DNA of 64,000 nt from Paraspadella gotoi (taxonomy: Eukaryota > Animalia > Chaetognatha): contig CM119263.1 in assembly GCA_051294375.1 (NCBI GenBank), forward strand, positions 23,524,762 to 23,588,761, in the 5' to 3' direction. Below are positions 52,001 through 64,000 of this stretch, one piece after another (the stretch's first letter is position 1; each line of letters opens with the position of its first letter). The notes beneath the pieces are model-generated. The model was not told the DNA's origin, searched no databases, and saw only the letters and a program-made list of their open reading frames with translations. A program made the position numbers and the translations under genes.

Positions 52001-54387
52001 ACTTTCCCCTCCGACCCGCAAAAATATACAATCTAATATGATAACCCTGTTTATTGTTCTTCGATACTTTCCGATGGCGACCGCCGTCGTTTGGCCCAGA
52101 ACAAAATGTGTTTATGCAGATTGTCCCGCGCTCCTGCCTTTTATTCGCCTCTCCCAAAACTCGCTGGCTCCCATCCCCGCCTCCTACGCGCGCCAGCATT
52201 CTCGTCTGACGCGCGTTAACCTTTTTCGCCGTGCACGAGCGTGCCTGGATGACGACGACGACCAACGAACGACGGTACGACAACAACGAGAGTCTGTGCG
52301 ACGGCGGCGTCGCATGGATGCTCGCGCCGGACATCCAGCCCTCTCCAGCTTTCCTTACCTGCACCCCCTTTAGCCTCTCTTACCCGCTTTTCGTGCCTGA
52401 CGACGACGCGCCGTCTAATGACAGCCCTATTATTGAGTAATAAAGAATTGAGATAGACATCGTCGTCGTCGTCGTCGCATCGTCTACGCATCGGTGCCCG
52501 AACACGTTCGGCGCCGCAGGGCATCCGGACGGCCGAGACGAAACGCGACCGAAACAAACAAATATGGCCGTTTTTTAGTATTTTTATTTTTGTATATTTT
52601 TGGCCGCGTTAGATTGTCGGCTAATCACGAAAGAGGACCGCGCGAGGCTGGTTTTTTTTTTTCCTCCTCCACAGATGCGATGACGTGATCGGAGAAGCGG
52701 TCAAAGACAAAAAAAGGGAAACCGAAGCACTCATGGAATCGAGGCTGGGATGAGATAATATGGTAGAACCATTAGGAGGAGATTTGGAAGACAGAAGTTA
52801 GAAGAAAGGTATAATATAAACAGTTGGATGTATTATTCTTTAAAAAAAATAAATAAATAAAAAGGTGCCTCTATCTCTCAAGAAGTTCCAAATTCTCCGT
52901 CTCGTTTGTGGCCGAAAGAGCGGAAGAGCAAAACCCCTCGGAAATCCAAAGCAGCAGAAGCGACGCGACCATACAGATAATTGCCTCCCCCCAAAAAAAT
53001 CGGCATTAAGTCGGGGAAAAACAGCGGGCAAAGAAACGGCCGAAGAAGCGGTCTCGAGTCTTGACGCATTCAAAAGAAGCGACGACGACTATCCCCGCCA
53101 AAACAGCGGCGAAAGCGGCGCCGAAAGCGGCGGCGAAAGCGGCGGCGATGGCATGGAAGGCGGGGAGGTTATAATGAGGATAATCATCGATCATCTAGGG
53201 TGGAGGGTGATGAGGAAGGGTGGAGGGGGCGAGGTGGTGAATGGGGCAAAGAGGAGAAAGGATGCGAAATGATAATTAATGATAAACGGAGGGTTGGCAC
53301 AGACATCGAGGCCAAACAGTCAAACGGTTGAGCTTTTGTGGAGTCGTTGATATTGCGGGCGAATCGTGGCGTTTGCTTCCATCTGAGGCATCAAGATTCG
53401 CGTTTTGTGACCGTTGCTGAATTTGATCGACCTATTATTGATAAAGCTGTGAGCAAAATTGAAACGTTTTAAGGGTTTTTTTACTTCGACATTTTAATAT
53501 CTTTTCGTTGCGTTCATATTAATAAAAATCCAGCACAGTTAAACTAAATTTTTTGAAACTTTTTCCTTTTTCATTTTACCACCAAAAACATGAAAAAGAA
53601 TTTCTTCTTTTCGCCAAATTTCCGACGATTCACCCACCACCATTCCGCCAAAGGCTCGTGTTAAAAGTCACTCAAAGATCCTCGTGATTCATTCACCGCC
53701 AAAATCCGGTGAGACCTGGGAATTTAAGTTCGGGCGCGTGATTCCTTGATTCGACCTTCGAGGATTCGCATTCGCCGTCCACGCGTCACGGTTTCTCGCG
53801 CGATTTTCTTTCTCCGTCGCCGCGCGCACGCCTTTTTTTTCGGGAAATTCACGTGATTCGTTCATTGAAGGGAAGATCCAAGTATTTTTTATGGTCAGGT
53901 TCGACAAAAAAGCGTAAATTCATGCGCAAAGTTGTGAATTCGCTTTATTTTTTGTAAATTGTACTGAGGGGCCCGGGTGAAACATTTAAAAGCATATTAA
54001 TTGGGCAAAATTGCGTTATTATCTTCAAATATACAAAAAAAAATTAGCTCTTTGATCAAATTCCTTTTGAAAAAATCACGTGGACGAGACGAGTTAACAG
54101 GTTCACATCTTTTGCCACATAAAACAACGATTCCTCGCTACTGTTATTTTTTATCCTCACTATTGTCCTTATTTTTATTCCTCACTATGTTCCTTTAGTT
54201 CGCGCTTGAGTTCTAAAAGCGAATCCGATCCTTCTGAAGAATCTCCAGCCCGAAAAACGATCCGAAGCCACATTTTTTGCGAGAAATAATTCCTCTTGCG
54301 AAAACGCGGGCCGAATTTCCTTTCCGAGGAGAGGAGAGAAGACGAGACGGGAGAGAGAGATGGGATTAGACGAGAGAGAGAGAGAAG

Positions 54388-54419
<32 letters not shown>

Positions 54420-55305
54420 AGAGAGGAGAGATGAGAAGAGAGAGAGAGAGAGAGATAATGAGACTGAGAGAGAAAGAGAGAGAGCAAGAGATCGTTATTA
54501 GTTTCGAAAGAATCTTTTATAAACCTTCCTTCTTCACCCTTCCTTTAAAAGTTCTTTACCTTCTCACTCTCATTGCTTCTCACACCTCCTTCGCTTCAAC
54601 CCACGAACTCATGACGATCATCACTTCACTCCTCAACAAACCCATTTCCTGTCACTCCCCACCCCCTACCCAACCTCCTCCCTACCTTCGACAGGTCATT
54701 AAAGGCTCCTCCCCTTCCATCCGGATATTGATTATCCCAAAAGAGTGCAGGGGGTCTCCCGCGTTATATGTTCGCCTGCGTATCAAGGTAGAGACATCGC
54801 CCAATGCATATACGGGGAAATGAGGGCTGCGGGGATTGGGAAGGCGCGATGTTGAGCAGGAGAAAAGGGAAACGTCTTGAAAAAGCAAGAAGTATTTAGA
54901 GAGGTAGCGACTTTGGGGTTGCATTTTAGTGTGAACACTGAAACATAGCTTGAAATTTAAGAAAGTGAAAAACACTCTAGTTTATTGCTGGCTGTCAACT
55001 AGCGGGTTATAACGACGGCACTGAAATCCGAAGCAAAAGGGGAGAAATATTGATCAAAATAAATGTGTTAGATTTTTAAAGAAATAAATGGGTCATTTGT
55101 TTTAATAATATGTTACATCATTTGTACATTTTCGTCACTAAGATCACGTGCAAAGAATTCGTATTTACTAACAAAAACATATTATATAATGTTGTCCTTA
55201 AAACTAAAACATTTGGTCTTCCCCCGAAATCGTCTCCCTTTCGCCGAAAAGGTCGAGAAACCTCGCATTCCAGTGAAAAAAAGAGGCCGACGAGATCAGA
55301 GACGA
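49046..55305 (+). repeat. Copy 2 of the ~6.3-kb direct tandem duplication
   Basis: Starts about 30 nt after the exact 25-N spacer 48993-49017; near-identical stretches include 44800-45020 vs 51140-51360 and 46345-46610 vs 52670-52930. Confidence 0.92.
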
Positions 55306-56549
55306 AAACGGAGAGACAGAGACAGAGACGAAGACGAAGAGATAGAGACGGAGAAGAACTTTTTTTTTCTCCCAGTCTAATCTCGAGGGCGGCAGCCGCG
55401 GGGACGGATGTGAGCGTCGGTTCGACCCGGAACGGGACGGCCGGCCGGCGACGGGGGAATCGGGCGTCGTCGCGCTGCAACGCCGCTACCGGCGCCTTAA
55501 TGGTGAGTTGCTTAATTAGATGGAGTGGATGGTTCGTACACGCCGACGAAGAAAATCCGGCGCTCAAATTCGCCCTTAACTCGATTCCCGCTGTCGCTTG
55601 ATCGTCGTCGAAACGATTTCCGGACGCCGACGACGCCGCCTAAGAGACTACGCCCACCGGGACGCCGCCGACGCAGCCGCCGGACGCGGACGTCCGGAGC
55701 GGCGTCCAGCTGCTATTGCATGTTTCCGCTTTTATTCTTTGGTGGGCACCCTGACGACTTCGACATTTCCATTGAGATTACATCTGAAATAGTTTCATGG
55801 GCGACAAGACGAACGAGAGTAGAGAAGACGAGAGGAGAAGACGAGAGAGAGATGAGAAAAGAGAGAGAGATAGAGAGAGAGAGAGAGCGAGAGAGAGAAG
55901 AGAGAGAGGAGAGAGAAGAGACACTGATATCGTTTTCCTTCTCCTTTTGTTTTTCATGCGCTTCCTCTTTTCCATTTCCGTTTTTCTTTCTATTTTTCTT
56001 GATTTTTATTCAACTATTTTTGTATTCAGGTTATTTTTTTTCCCACGATGAATTCCGCGCCTGACTTTTGTTCCGCCGCCTAAACTTTCCCACCGAAAAT
56101 TATGGTAGCGACCGCGTTAGCGCGGCGTCGGCGGCGACGCTTCAGGCGGCAAGGTGACTTTCGGAAGAAAAAAAAGCCAGGATCGAATTCGGAAATCCGC
56201 TCAGGCGGTTCAATTTTTCTCTCGTTTTATCTTTCTCTCCTTTTTTTCCCCGATACGGTTTTCACTATCCAGGTCGCAGGTCGTTTTTCAGTTTATGTCA
56301 GATAAGAACGACGAGTGATTATACAAAGATCTTCCTCTTAATTTCCAACATAGTCCAAGGCTAAAAACTTTATAAACAGCAACAAAATTCTTCACCACAT
56401 TCGGCAACAATACGTAACATCATTGAATCTTTCGAATGTCACTTTTCAAACTTTACTCCTCCTCCTCCCAAAAAAAGAAAGAGCCAGAAAAGGGAAATAA
56501 CTTTACCCGAACGCCTTTCGAATTTCTTCAAGTTTTTTCCACATCATTA

Positions 56550-58286
56550 GGCGTTTAGGGAACCATGAAAGGCGGAAGTAGTAGAATCGCGGATAGGAAG
56601 GGGGAGTATATTAAAAAATTTGCGGAATGGTAGTAGAAAAAGTGAATTCGGGGAAGCGAAAGAGGAATTAGGGAAAAAAATATTATGGGTTATCAGGAAA
56701 TCTACTAAAATGAAATTGTGAAGAAAAGATGAAAAAAAATAGATGGAGTTAAAGAAGAAAAAGGAAATTGATTTTTTAAAAAAAGTGTACGGATCTCGTG
56801 GACGACGGCCGTAAAATCCACTGGCGGAAAAAAACAAAGTTTAAGCAAACTATATTTAAAGCGTTGATAGGTTTTAAGTTGAGGGAATAAAAATGTAAAA
56901 TAAAAAGTTAAATAATAGAGCCAACATTTAATTTTTAAAATTTAATTCTCAAATAACTGTAAGCTCTTAGTAAATTATAAAACACAGTACAATGTATTTG
57001 GCGTAATTTTGAAGCAGTTGTCCAATCGGAGGTGAGAAAAAAACCCTTTTTCGAGACGAGAGAAAAAAAAATAAACCGTGCCTCGATAGCGAATTTTTTT
57101 TCTCAGCATCGACCATTGTCACGTCTCGGTCCTGGGATCGAATACCCTGAAACCCGGACGGGAAGAAAGATTATGGGCGCCCCACCATTAACCTGGCCTT
57201 ATGGGGCCAAGAGGTCTTGGAACCGGAGGACACAAACAAAGGAACGAGAAACAGCGAATCGGGCGATGGGCGCGAAGCTAGTGGTTGCTGATATGCTTGG
57301 CCTGAGCTGTGGGCGGACATTGTCGGCGAAGCAGGGATATCAAATGAGGACTAGGCCTTCTTCAGTACATAATGAAGAAGTCAATTGTTATGCCCATTCG
57401 TAAATGGAAAAATTACAATTAATCACAATTGAAAACGAATCCAAGCGATATTGTTCCAAAATCAAAGGGAGAAGAGTCAATTTTTTTTTGAAAGATTCTC
57501 AAAAACTCATAACGACTCCCTGCCCCTCTCCCCCCTCCAAGAAAAAAAAAAAAAAAAAGGTGGGGAGAGTCAGGGTTCGTCCTCCGGGTTCTTCCGAGTT
57601 CGACGAACATCGTTAAGGCTTTGATTGGTAGTAAAGTTGACCGATGTTCCGTACTTCTCCAAAGTTCCCCTGCGTCGTCGGTCGTCGTCGTTTCGATTCG
57701 GTCGTCGTCCTCGATCGCCGAGGGTCCGAGGCGAAGAATCCATTCGAAATTCATGTTATCCCGTCGAGACTCGTCCCGTCTGCTCCTCTTTCCGCTCCCC
57801 CTTCATCTCCATTTTCCAGATCGCTCCAGGTTCCGCAGCGTCTGTTAAATCGGCTACCCTAGATTTTTCTACGAATTCTCCTTCTCAGTAGTTTTTTTTT
57901 TTCTTTTCTTCTTTCCGTTTCCACCATTTTTTTCTTTTGGGCTCCAATCTTCCCCCTACTCTCCGTCTCTCTTCTCTCTCTCTCTCTCTCTTTCTCTCTC
58001 TATTCAGATCACTCGCTCCTCTTCCCCTCCCCACTCCTCTCGCTTCCTCTTTCCTCTCTTCCCCACTTTCCCCTTCGTTTATCCCCGCCTCCGCGACTCG
58101 GGCCATTATAGCATATCTAGATATGATTTCTCCGAAATGATTATCGAAGGATGGCCCGCGATGTTCGCGGGAATGCTTCGAAGGGAAAGGAAATTTCTTC
58201 TGTTCAACCATCGGAACGAGCCTATCAAGTCGATTCGGGGTCATATATCGGTGGAGGCGTTCACTAAATCACTTACTGACGTCTAA
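56550..58286 (+). CDS. Putative multi-exon gene of unknown function (exons ~56550-56810, 57107-57399, ~58110-58286); frame broken by probable sequencing indels
   Basis: Acceptor ttttttttctcag|CAT at 57106; donor TTC|gtaaat at 57400. A long pyrimidine tract precedes an open terminal frame YDFSEMIIEGWPAMFAGMLRRERKFLLFNHRNEPIKSIRGHISVEAFTKSLTDV* (TAA 58284-58286), followed by AATAAA at 58296-58301. Confidence 0.35.
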
Positions 58287-59119
58287 ATGAAAATTAATAA
58301 AATCAATCTGTAAAATTGTAGTACCTACTGTAGTCCTTCGTTTTGTTTTTTGAAAAAAAAAACAAACAAAAAAACATTAAATATACCTAAATTTTGAATC
58401 TGCACTCTGCACTGAAAATTACAAGGCGCAATTTTATTAATTACGGTATAAAATAGACAACAAAGTTTGAGCATAACATATATTTTAAATCGTTGATTTA
58501 GAATTGTAAAACCATCAAACTATCCGAAATAGACTTCATTTCAAGTTTAGCGCGCGATTTTAGAGATCGTAAAGAAAAGAAAATTACCAAGAGTAAATCC
58601 TGTAAAAAAGACCCTGCTTGGTTGTAGGAGTGACGTGAATTCGCTGGGGTGCATGCGTTCGCTCACTGTGGTGAACGATTCCGAAGAAGCGGATTGCCGA
58701 AAATTCACTGTTGAAGAGCGTTCGATCTGTCCTTGTCGCTCATCCCCCCCAACTCCCCCAACCCACCCTCCCCCCCTTTCGTTCCCCTTTTTCCCCGATT
58801 TTCGTTCGGGCCGGAGTTTCAGTTCACATCATTATCGATTCGGGCGGCAGGGCGCCGCGCCTGGCAGTCGCCGACGCCGCCTCTGGACCCATAACTTTTA
58901 GCGCCGCTTCATCGGTTAATAAATCTGATGCCACTGTAGATTTTCCTTTTTATTATCCTCCGCGTAGTTTCCTCCCTTCTCCTTTTCCACTAATTTTATT
59001 CTCTCTCTCTCTCTCCTCTTTTCCCTGTTTTTTCTCCTTCGATGTTCCTTCTTTCATCCATTTACTGGTCTATCGCCGCGCGTTCCTTTCTTTCTTCTTC
59101 TCCACGGAAGGAAAAGAAA

Positions 59120-59412
59120 AAATCTCTCTTTCTCTTCTCATCTCTCTCTTCTCTACTTTCTCTCTCTTCTTCTCTCTCTCTTCTCCTGCTCTCTCTCTCT
59201 CTCTCTTCTCTCTCTTCTCCTTCTCTCATCTATCTTGTCTTTCTCTATCCCCTCTCTCCACTTTTTCCCCGCTTTCTCTCTTCTCTTCTCTCTCTCTCTC
59301 TCTCTGCTCTCTCCTCTCTTCTCTCTCTGTCTTCGTTCCTCTCTCTATTCTTCTCTCTCTCGCTCTCTCTTCTTCTCTCTCTCTCTTCTCTTCTCTCTTC
59401 TCTCTCTCTCTC
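59120..59412. repeat. Degenerate (CT)n polypyrimidine tract
   Basis: Direct reading; source of the 245-aa and 150-aa SL-rich ORFs. Confidence 0.93.
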
Positions 59413-60040
59413 GATTTCCCGCAGTCATACTTTATCTTTTTCTCTTAGCCTATCATTAAGTGCTATTTTTGACGCCCGAATTGCATTCATTTGACTGAAA
59501 ACCCATTAGCAGACATTGATGACGAGCGGACTCGTCGTCACCGTAATCGTATGTCCGTAATCGCGCGTTTATCGTTTTCGGTCGTAGTTCGTCGATCGTC
59601 GGGCGTACGTCGCGGTTTTTTCAAAGTCGCCCCGGGGGTTCGAAACTCGCTCGGCGATTTGATGGTGTTTCGTAAGGAGGAAAGAAAAAGAAAGAAATTC
59701 TCGGCGAGAAAGACCGCCGGGAGACGAGGAACGGCGCCGCGGGTGGTAGGGGTAATGGCGCCGTGCAGAAGTTGAACGCGACGGTGGGAAGTGAAAATGG
59801 CACAACGGAAGGAGTTGGAATGTCTGCTGAGAAGTGCGAACTAGCGCCAGGGAGAAAGAGGAGACTGGCTCTGGGAGTAAGTGGACATTTGGCGCCCGCA
59901 GACCGTTACGTGGATAATTTAAGATTAATGCGATAGTTAGTTTATTAGTACTAGTTATTGCGCACTATTAGATATGAATAATAAGGCTTGAGAATGGGAA
60001 ATATCGAATGCAGGCGACCAGATTTACGAAAACTTTTTAA

Positions 60041-63000
60041 TTATTCCAGCAAGAAACACTGAAAACCAGGAATGGGATTCAACTTGGGAAAAGATTTCGT
60101 GAGGAATTCATAGATTGAATTAATGATTTTTCGATCCTCCAGAGGAACTCCGAAATTACTTGGATTCGCTCTCACGAAGGAAATAAGCTGGATTTCGAGT
60201 ATAAAAAGGTAATTAAAGGAAGATGGGAGGATGAGAGAGACGAGAGGAGACGAGATGAGAGAAGATAGAGAGATGAAGAGATGAAGAGAGAGAGAGGAGA
60301 GAACGAGCAATGAAGAGAGATGAGCAGAGAGAGAGACTCTCCAAGCTTAAAAATTAATTCCTTAAATTTCTTATTTTTCTCACACATTTACACCGAACAT
60401 AGAACACACAAAAAAAAATTATTTATTAAAATGTTATTAATCTCTAAAATAAAACGATTTACATCAAACTAAAAATATTCTCCAATCTTTTTGTAACCTC
60501 TCACGGCATTTTGAAATGCAATAACCAAACGCTAATATTAACAATCGAAATAAGAAAACTAACCCGGGAAAATTAAACCACGTGATTCAAACAAAAAAAA
60601 TGAACTACGTCTCTCAAACCTTGAACAAAAACAGTCGATGAGCGCCTTATTTCTTCCTCAATATTCCTCACTCTTTCCTTCCTCCACTCTCCCACTTTCT
60701 CCTCCTTTTCAAACTTATTTCCCTCCTCACAGCAAAAAGTGCACCAAGAACTCCGGTGAGGGATGACGACGAGTACGACGCTGAAGGCGACGGCCGGCCA
60801 ACACGAGGTCGCGGGACAATCCGCGTTTGTCGGGCGATCGTCGTCGTCAGTCGTCATCGTCTTCAGTCGGAGAGCATTTCGTCGACTCACTCGTCCGGAG
60901 ATCCGAACGGCTTCCTATTCTGTGACTCCTCCCTTGTCTTCCTCCTGGTCTCTGGGGTCGCGCCAGGGTCGCCGAGAAAAGACGTAGGTTGGCCGTTCTT
61001 GTGCCGAAGTCGACTTGGCTCTTTCGTCGTAGGTTCGTCGGTCGTTGAGTAAAAGTGTATCCGTCCTTGGTCACTCTCTTTTTCCTCTTCCTCTTTCCCT
61101 CTCGCGAGCCGTCGACCGCCGCGTCCGGAGCGGCCGCCGCCCTCGAGCGACCCGCTCTTCTTTGCTCACGTCTCGGGCGATCTTCTTGTCGGACACTGGC
61201 CACGACTTTTTTGTTAGCTCGTGTTCCAACGGCTCCGCGCCAAACCAGGCGGTCGGTTTGTTTATTCGGCGCTGACTCCGATTTGCGCGGAAGCCGTCTG
61301 CTGCATGAAATTGTTGCCGCAAAACTGTGCACCTGAATACTGTGCACTTGCAACAATCTGCTCATTGACTGCGACGACGCTTCCTTTTTTTGCTCCGGCT
61401 CCGCTCTACTCCCCTTGACGGCGGCTGCTCCTGCCTTCTTCTGCTCTTAGAAAAGAACCGCGATAACCCTGCCGTCTTTTGCTCGGTGCTCGACCTGTTC
61501 TTCCATAGCTGTGTCGCCGCTTCCCACCAGACTGCTTCTTCGTTCCTTTTCGGCGAAATACTCCTGCCTCGTGCGACTGCTGACGCTTACCCGTTCTTCT
61601 GATGACTTTTCCCTGCCGCTTTTGACCACACTCCTCGGCTTTCCCTGCGTACGGACTCCTACTTTGTTCCTTGCCCGCTCCGGAGACCTAGACCCGGTGT
61701 TCTCCCGCCTCTCCTTCCGGGCCCCAAACTGGTCGCTGCCTCCCGCACTGAGGCTCGTGTTCACGACGTGAACCCCTCTAATCTCGAGATCTCCAACCGG
61801 TGCCCCCCCCGGGGGGAAAAAATTCTTTGGTTGGGTAACTTCTCTTTACTCTTTCTTGCCTAGGGCTTGACCTGCCGATCGTTTCGGGTATTCCAGGTGG
61901 TAGTTCGTGCCTTCCCCCACGTTAGGTGGACCGTGATTGCCCTCTCTGCCCTTATCTCGCCCTGGATTCTCTCCCGATCGTCGATCTCCCTGATACGATC
62001 ACGATCTCCTCCTTCCCTCTTCTCTTTCCCCGCATTCCGTTCGATTTATCGATTTCTTTCCTTTCGTCATCCAGTTTTCCACTCGATCCAGTTTTCCCTT
62101 CTTTCCTCATTTTTCCTCCTTTCTTCTTTCCTTCCTAGGAAGCGCTCTCGTCTTCTTTCTCCTCGACGGAGAAGTTCGTAATTCTCTTTCCCCAGTCTTC
62201 TTCTCTCCTCCTTTTCTCTTTTCTCCTTTGCTGACTAAAGTCTGATTGTCGCCGCCGTCTTTTCGCGACCAATTTCTCCTCCTCTCTTCTTCGACTTTTT
62301 TCTTTGCTTCTTTCTCTTTTCGCTTCATCGACGTCTTCTCCTAGTCTCTCTGGTCTCGCTCTTTTCTCACGGAATCTCTTTCTCTCTCTTCCTCCGAGGA
62401 GATTTCCAGATTCCATCACTTCCCATCTTTCATGTTTTTTCTTTCTTTAGCTTATCTTCGCTTTTTGCCCTCGTCCTGCTCTCTTTCTTCTCTGCTGCCA
62501 CTGCTCCTGTCCTCTGTTCTCGCGGTGCCCGCTCTCCTATGCTCCTCTCCTTCTTTCCCCTTTACTGTTTATTTTACCCGACTCCTTTGTCCCATCTTTG
62601 TGGCCGAATGTCCTTGTTGTACTTCTTCGGGCCTGGTATTCGCTCGAGGCATCATTCCGAGCCGACTTTCGAAGGAAGGGGGCGTTGCACTCAGCCTTCG
62701 GCCGTAAGACGATCTTTGAGCTGACCAATTTTAAATAAAAAAACCAGTGACCAAAAAATAAAGTCCCGAAAAGAAAAAAATCGTATAAAAACTTAACCTG
62801 AACGCTGGAAGTGCTCGAACGCAGCCTTAGAATACTGGCCCTTCCCCGTCGTCGTCTCGATTTCTGCGCCCTCCTCCGCCGATTTTCGTACTTCAAACCC
62901 CACTCTGCCGCGGAGAGGGTTCTCGCGACGGAGCCTTCAACGATCGATTTAAGCGGAAGGGCGGCCGGCGAAATCGACGGCTGAGCGGCGCACCTTGGAA

Positions 63001-63780
63001 GCGGCGTGCGGGCGCCTCTCCGCTTCTTAGCGCCGCTTTTCGTGCAAGGAGTTGGCGACCTCGGCTGGGCGACCCCCGGGCGGCGACCCCAGGCGGCGAC
63101 CCCGGCGCGCGAAACCCGTATCGACGCTTTTTTCCAGCGACTTTTCACGCTTGACTTTTTCCAGTCGACTCCCTCTTCTTTGAAGATCTACTCTGGGCGA
63201 TTTTTCTCTCCGAATCTCCTGTTTAAATTTTTTTTGTGTCCAGATCAGAGATAAAGATTTCTGCCCGTTAAATTTTCCCTGCCAAACTTTCTTTCTCTTC
63301 GTTTCGTTGGCGAACTTTTTCCACAAGAATCCATCCGTTCTCGCACGATCCATTTCGGCGATTTCTTCGGCGATTTCCTCCTGGAAAACTCCCAACTTCG
63401 CCCGATGCTTCCCATTTCATTCGGCCATCGGAGATTCCAGAAAAGGGGACTTTGAGGTTTCCTGAAAGCTGAAGCGAAGGCGTTTGACCTTAAAAAAAAA
63501 CCAAAACAAACAAATAAATTAAAAGTATATAAACTAAATCAATAAATCATCAAATCCAGACCTCTTACTCGGCGTCGACCTGGCATCTCCTCAAATTTTC
63601 CGACCTCAGAAGGTGACGCTAGCTGTTCGTCGTTAGCGGCGCCGTGGATCTAGACGAGGCGGAGGCGGCGGTTGTGGAGGCAGGGGTAGGGGTGTGAGGT
63701 GGCTGCGGGAGATGGCGATAGTAGCGTAGAGGGGAAGTGGTGTGGAGCATGGGACTGGCGAGGCGTACTAGTTGCCAGAA
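60041..63780 (-). CDS. 3' part of a multi-exon gene for a large low-complexity R/K/E/S-rich protein (exons ~63780-63569, 63488-62798, 62720-60620, 60187-60041); many apparent frameshifts
   Basis: AT-rich ~80-nt introns with canonical ends: 63568-63489 (GA|gtaag ... tttttaag) and 62797-62721 (CAG|gttaagt ... ggtcag). Donor AAG|gtttga at 60619 joins in phase 0 to a 49-codon terminal exon LISFVRANPSNFGVPLEDRKIINSIYEFLTKSFPKLNPIPGFQCFLLE*. AATAAA on the minus strand at 59946-59941. Confidence 0.55.
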
Positions 63781-64000
63781 GAGATTTAAGATTGATTAGA
63801 TTAGATTTAAAACATTTAAAAATGAAATAATATAAATAAATATATAAATAAACCTTAAAATCTCCTCTTCTTCATGCTCCTCTCACTCCTAAAATGTCAA
63901 AGTCCTTTTATATTAATTTCACCACCCGCCCTTCATTACCCACCCTCCCCCTCACCTCTCCCCCACCGACTTCCGCTTCCGGCGCGACTTCTTTCACTCC

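Noticed and set aside
2044-59494. Many SLSL/RERE/FFLS/TTTT/DDDD ORFs (e.g. 2044-2409, 29414-29881, 37577-38023, 58711-59448)
   Set aside because: Translations of (AG)n, (AAAG)n and (GAC)n microsatellites
60700-63480. Possible retrotransposon gag/ORF1
   Set aside because: No CCHC knuckle, protease, RT or integrase motifs and no LTRs; canonical short introns point to a host gene
1-64000. CRISPR array, rRNA, tRNA, operons or other prokaryotic systems
   Set aside because: No regularly spaced repeat-spacer units, no recognisable structural RNA sequence, and eukaryotic exon-intron, microsatellite-rich organisation

Overview
Eukaryotic draft-assembly scaffold, most likely from an invertebrate animal (inference from spliceosomal GT-AG introns, a rhodopsin-type GPCR, and dense (AG)n, (GAC)n, (AAAG)n and (ATGA)n microsatellites). 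It has 15 N-gaps. I see no rRNA, tRNA, CRISPR array or intact transposase/RT. Almost all ORFs in the track are artefacts of microsatellites, N-runs or antisense reading. The best-supported gene is a 4-exon, phase-consistent, minus-strand class A-like GPCR (5803->3776, 442 aa). It lacks DRY and NPxxY, has a ~58-aa first intracellular loop, and has a poly-Val TM5 encoded by a trinucleotide repeat. Two more spliced genes appear to converge at the right end, both broken by probable sequencing indels: a plus-strand gene (~56550-58286) with a speculative L-rhamnose-mutarotase-like segment, and a minus-strand gene for a large R/K/E/S-rich protein (>=63780->60041). Much of the window looks like long-read gap-filling artefact. 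8.1-20.5 kb is an insertion-rich noisy copy of sequence repeated at 20.5-23.2 kb, and 42.7-49.0 kb is duplicated at 49.0-55.3 kb. Both junctions are exact 25-N spacers. I found no convincing new multi-gene system; the findings are candidates to test.
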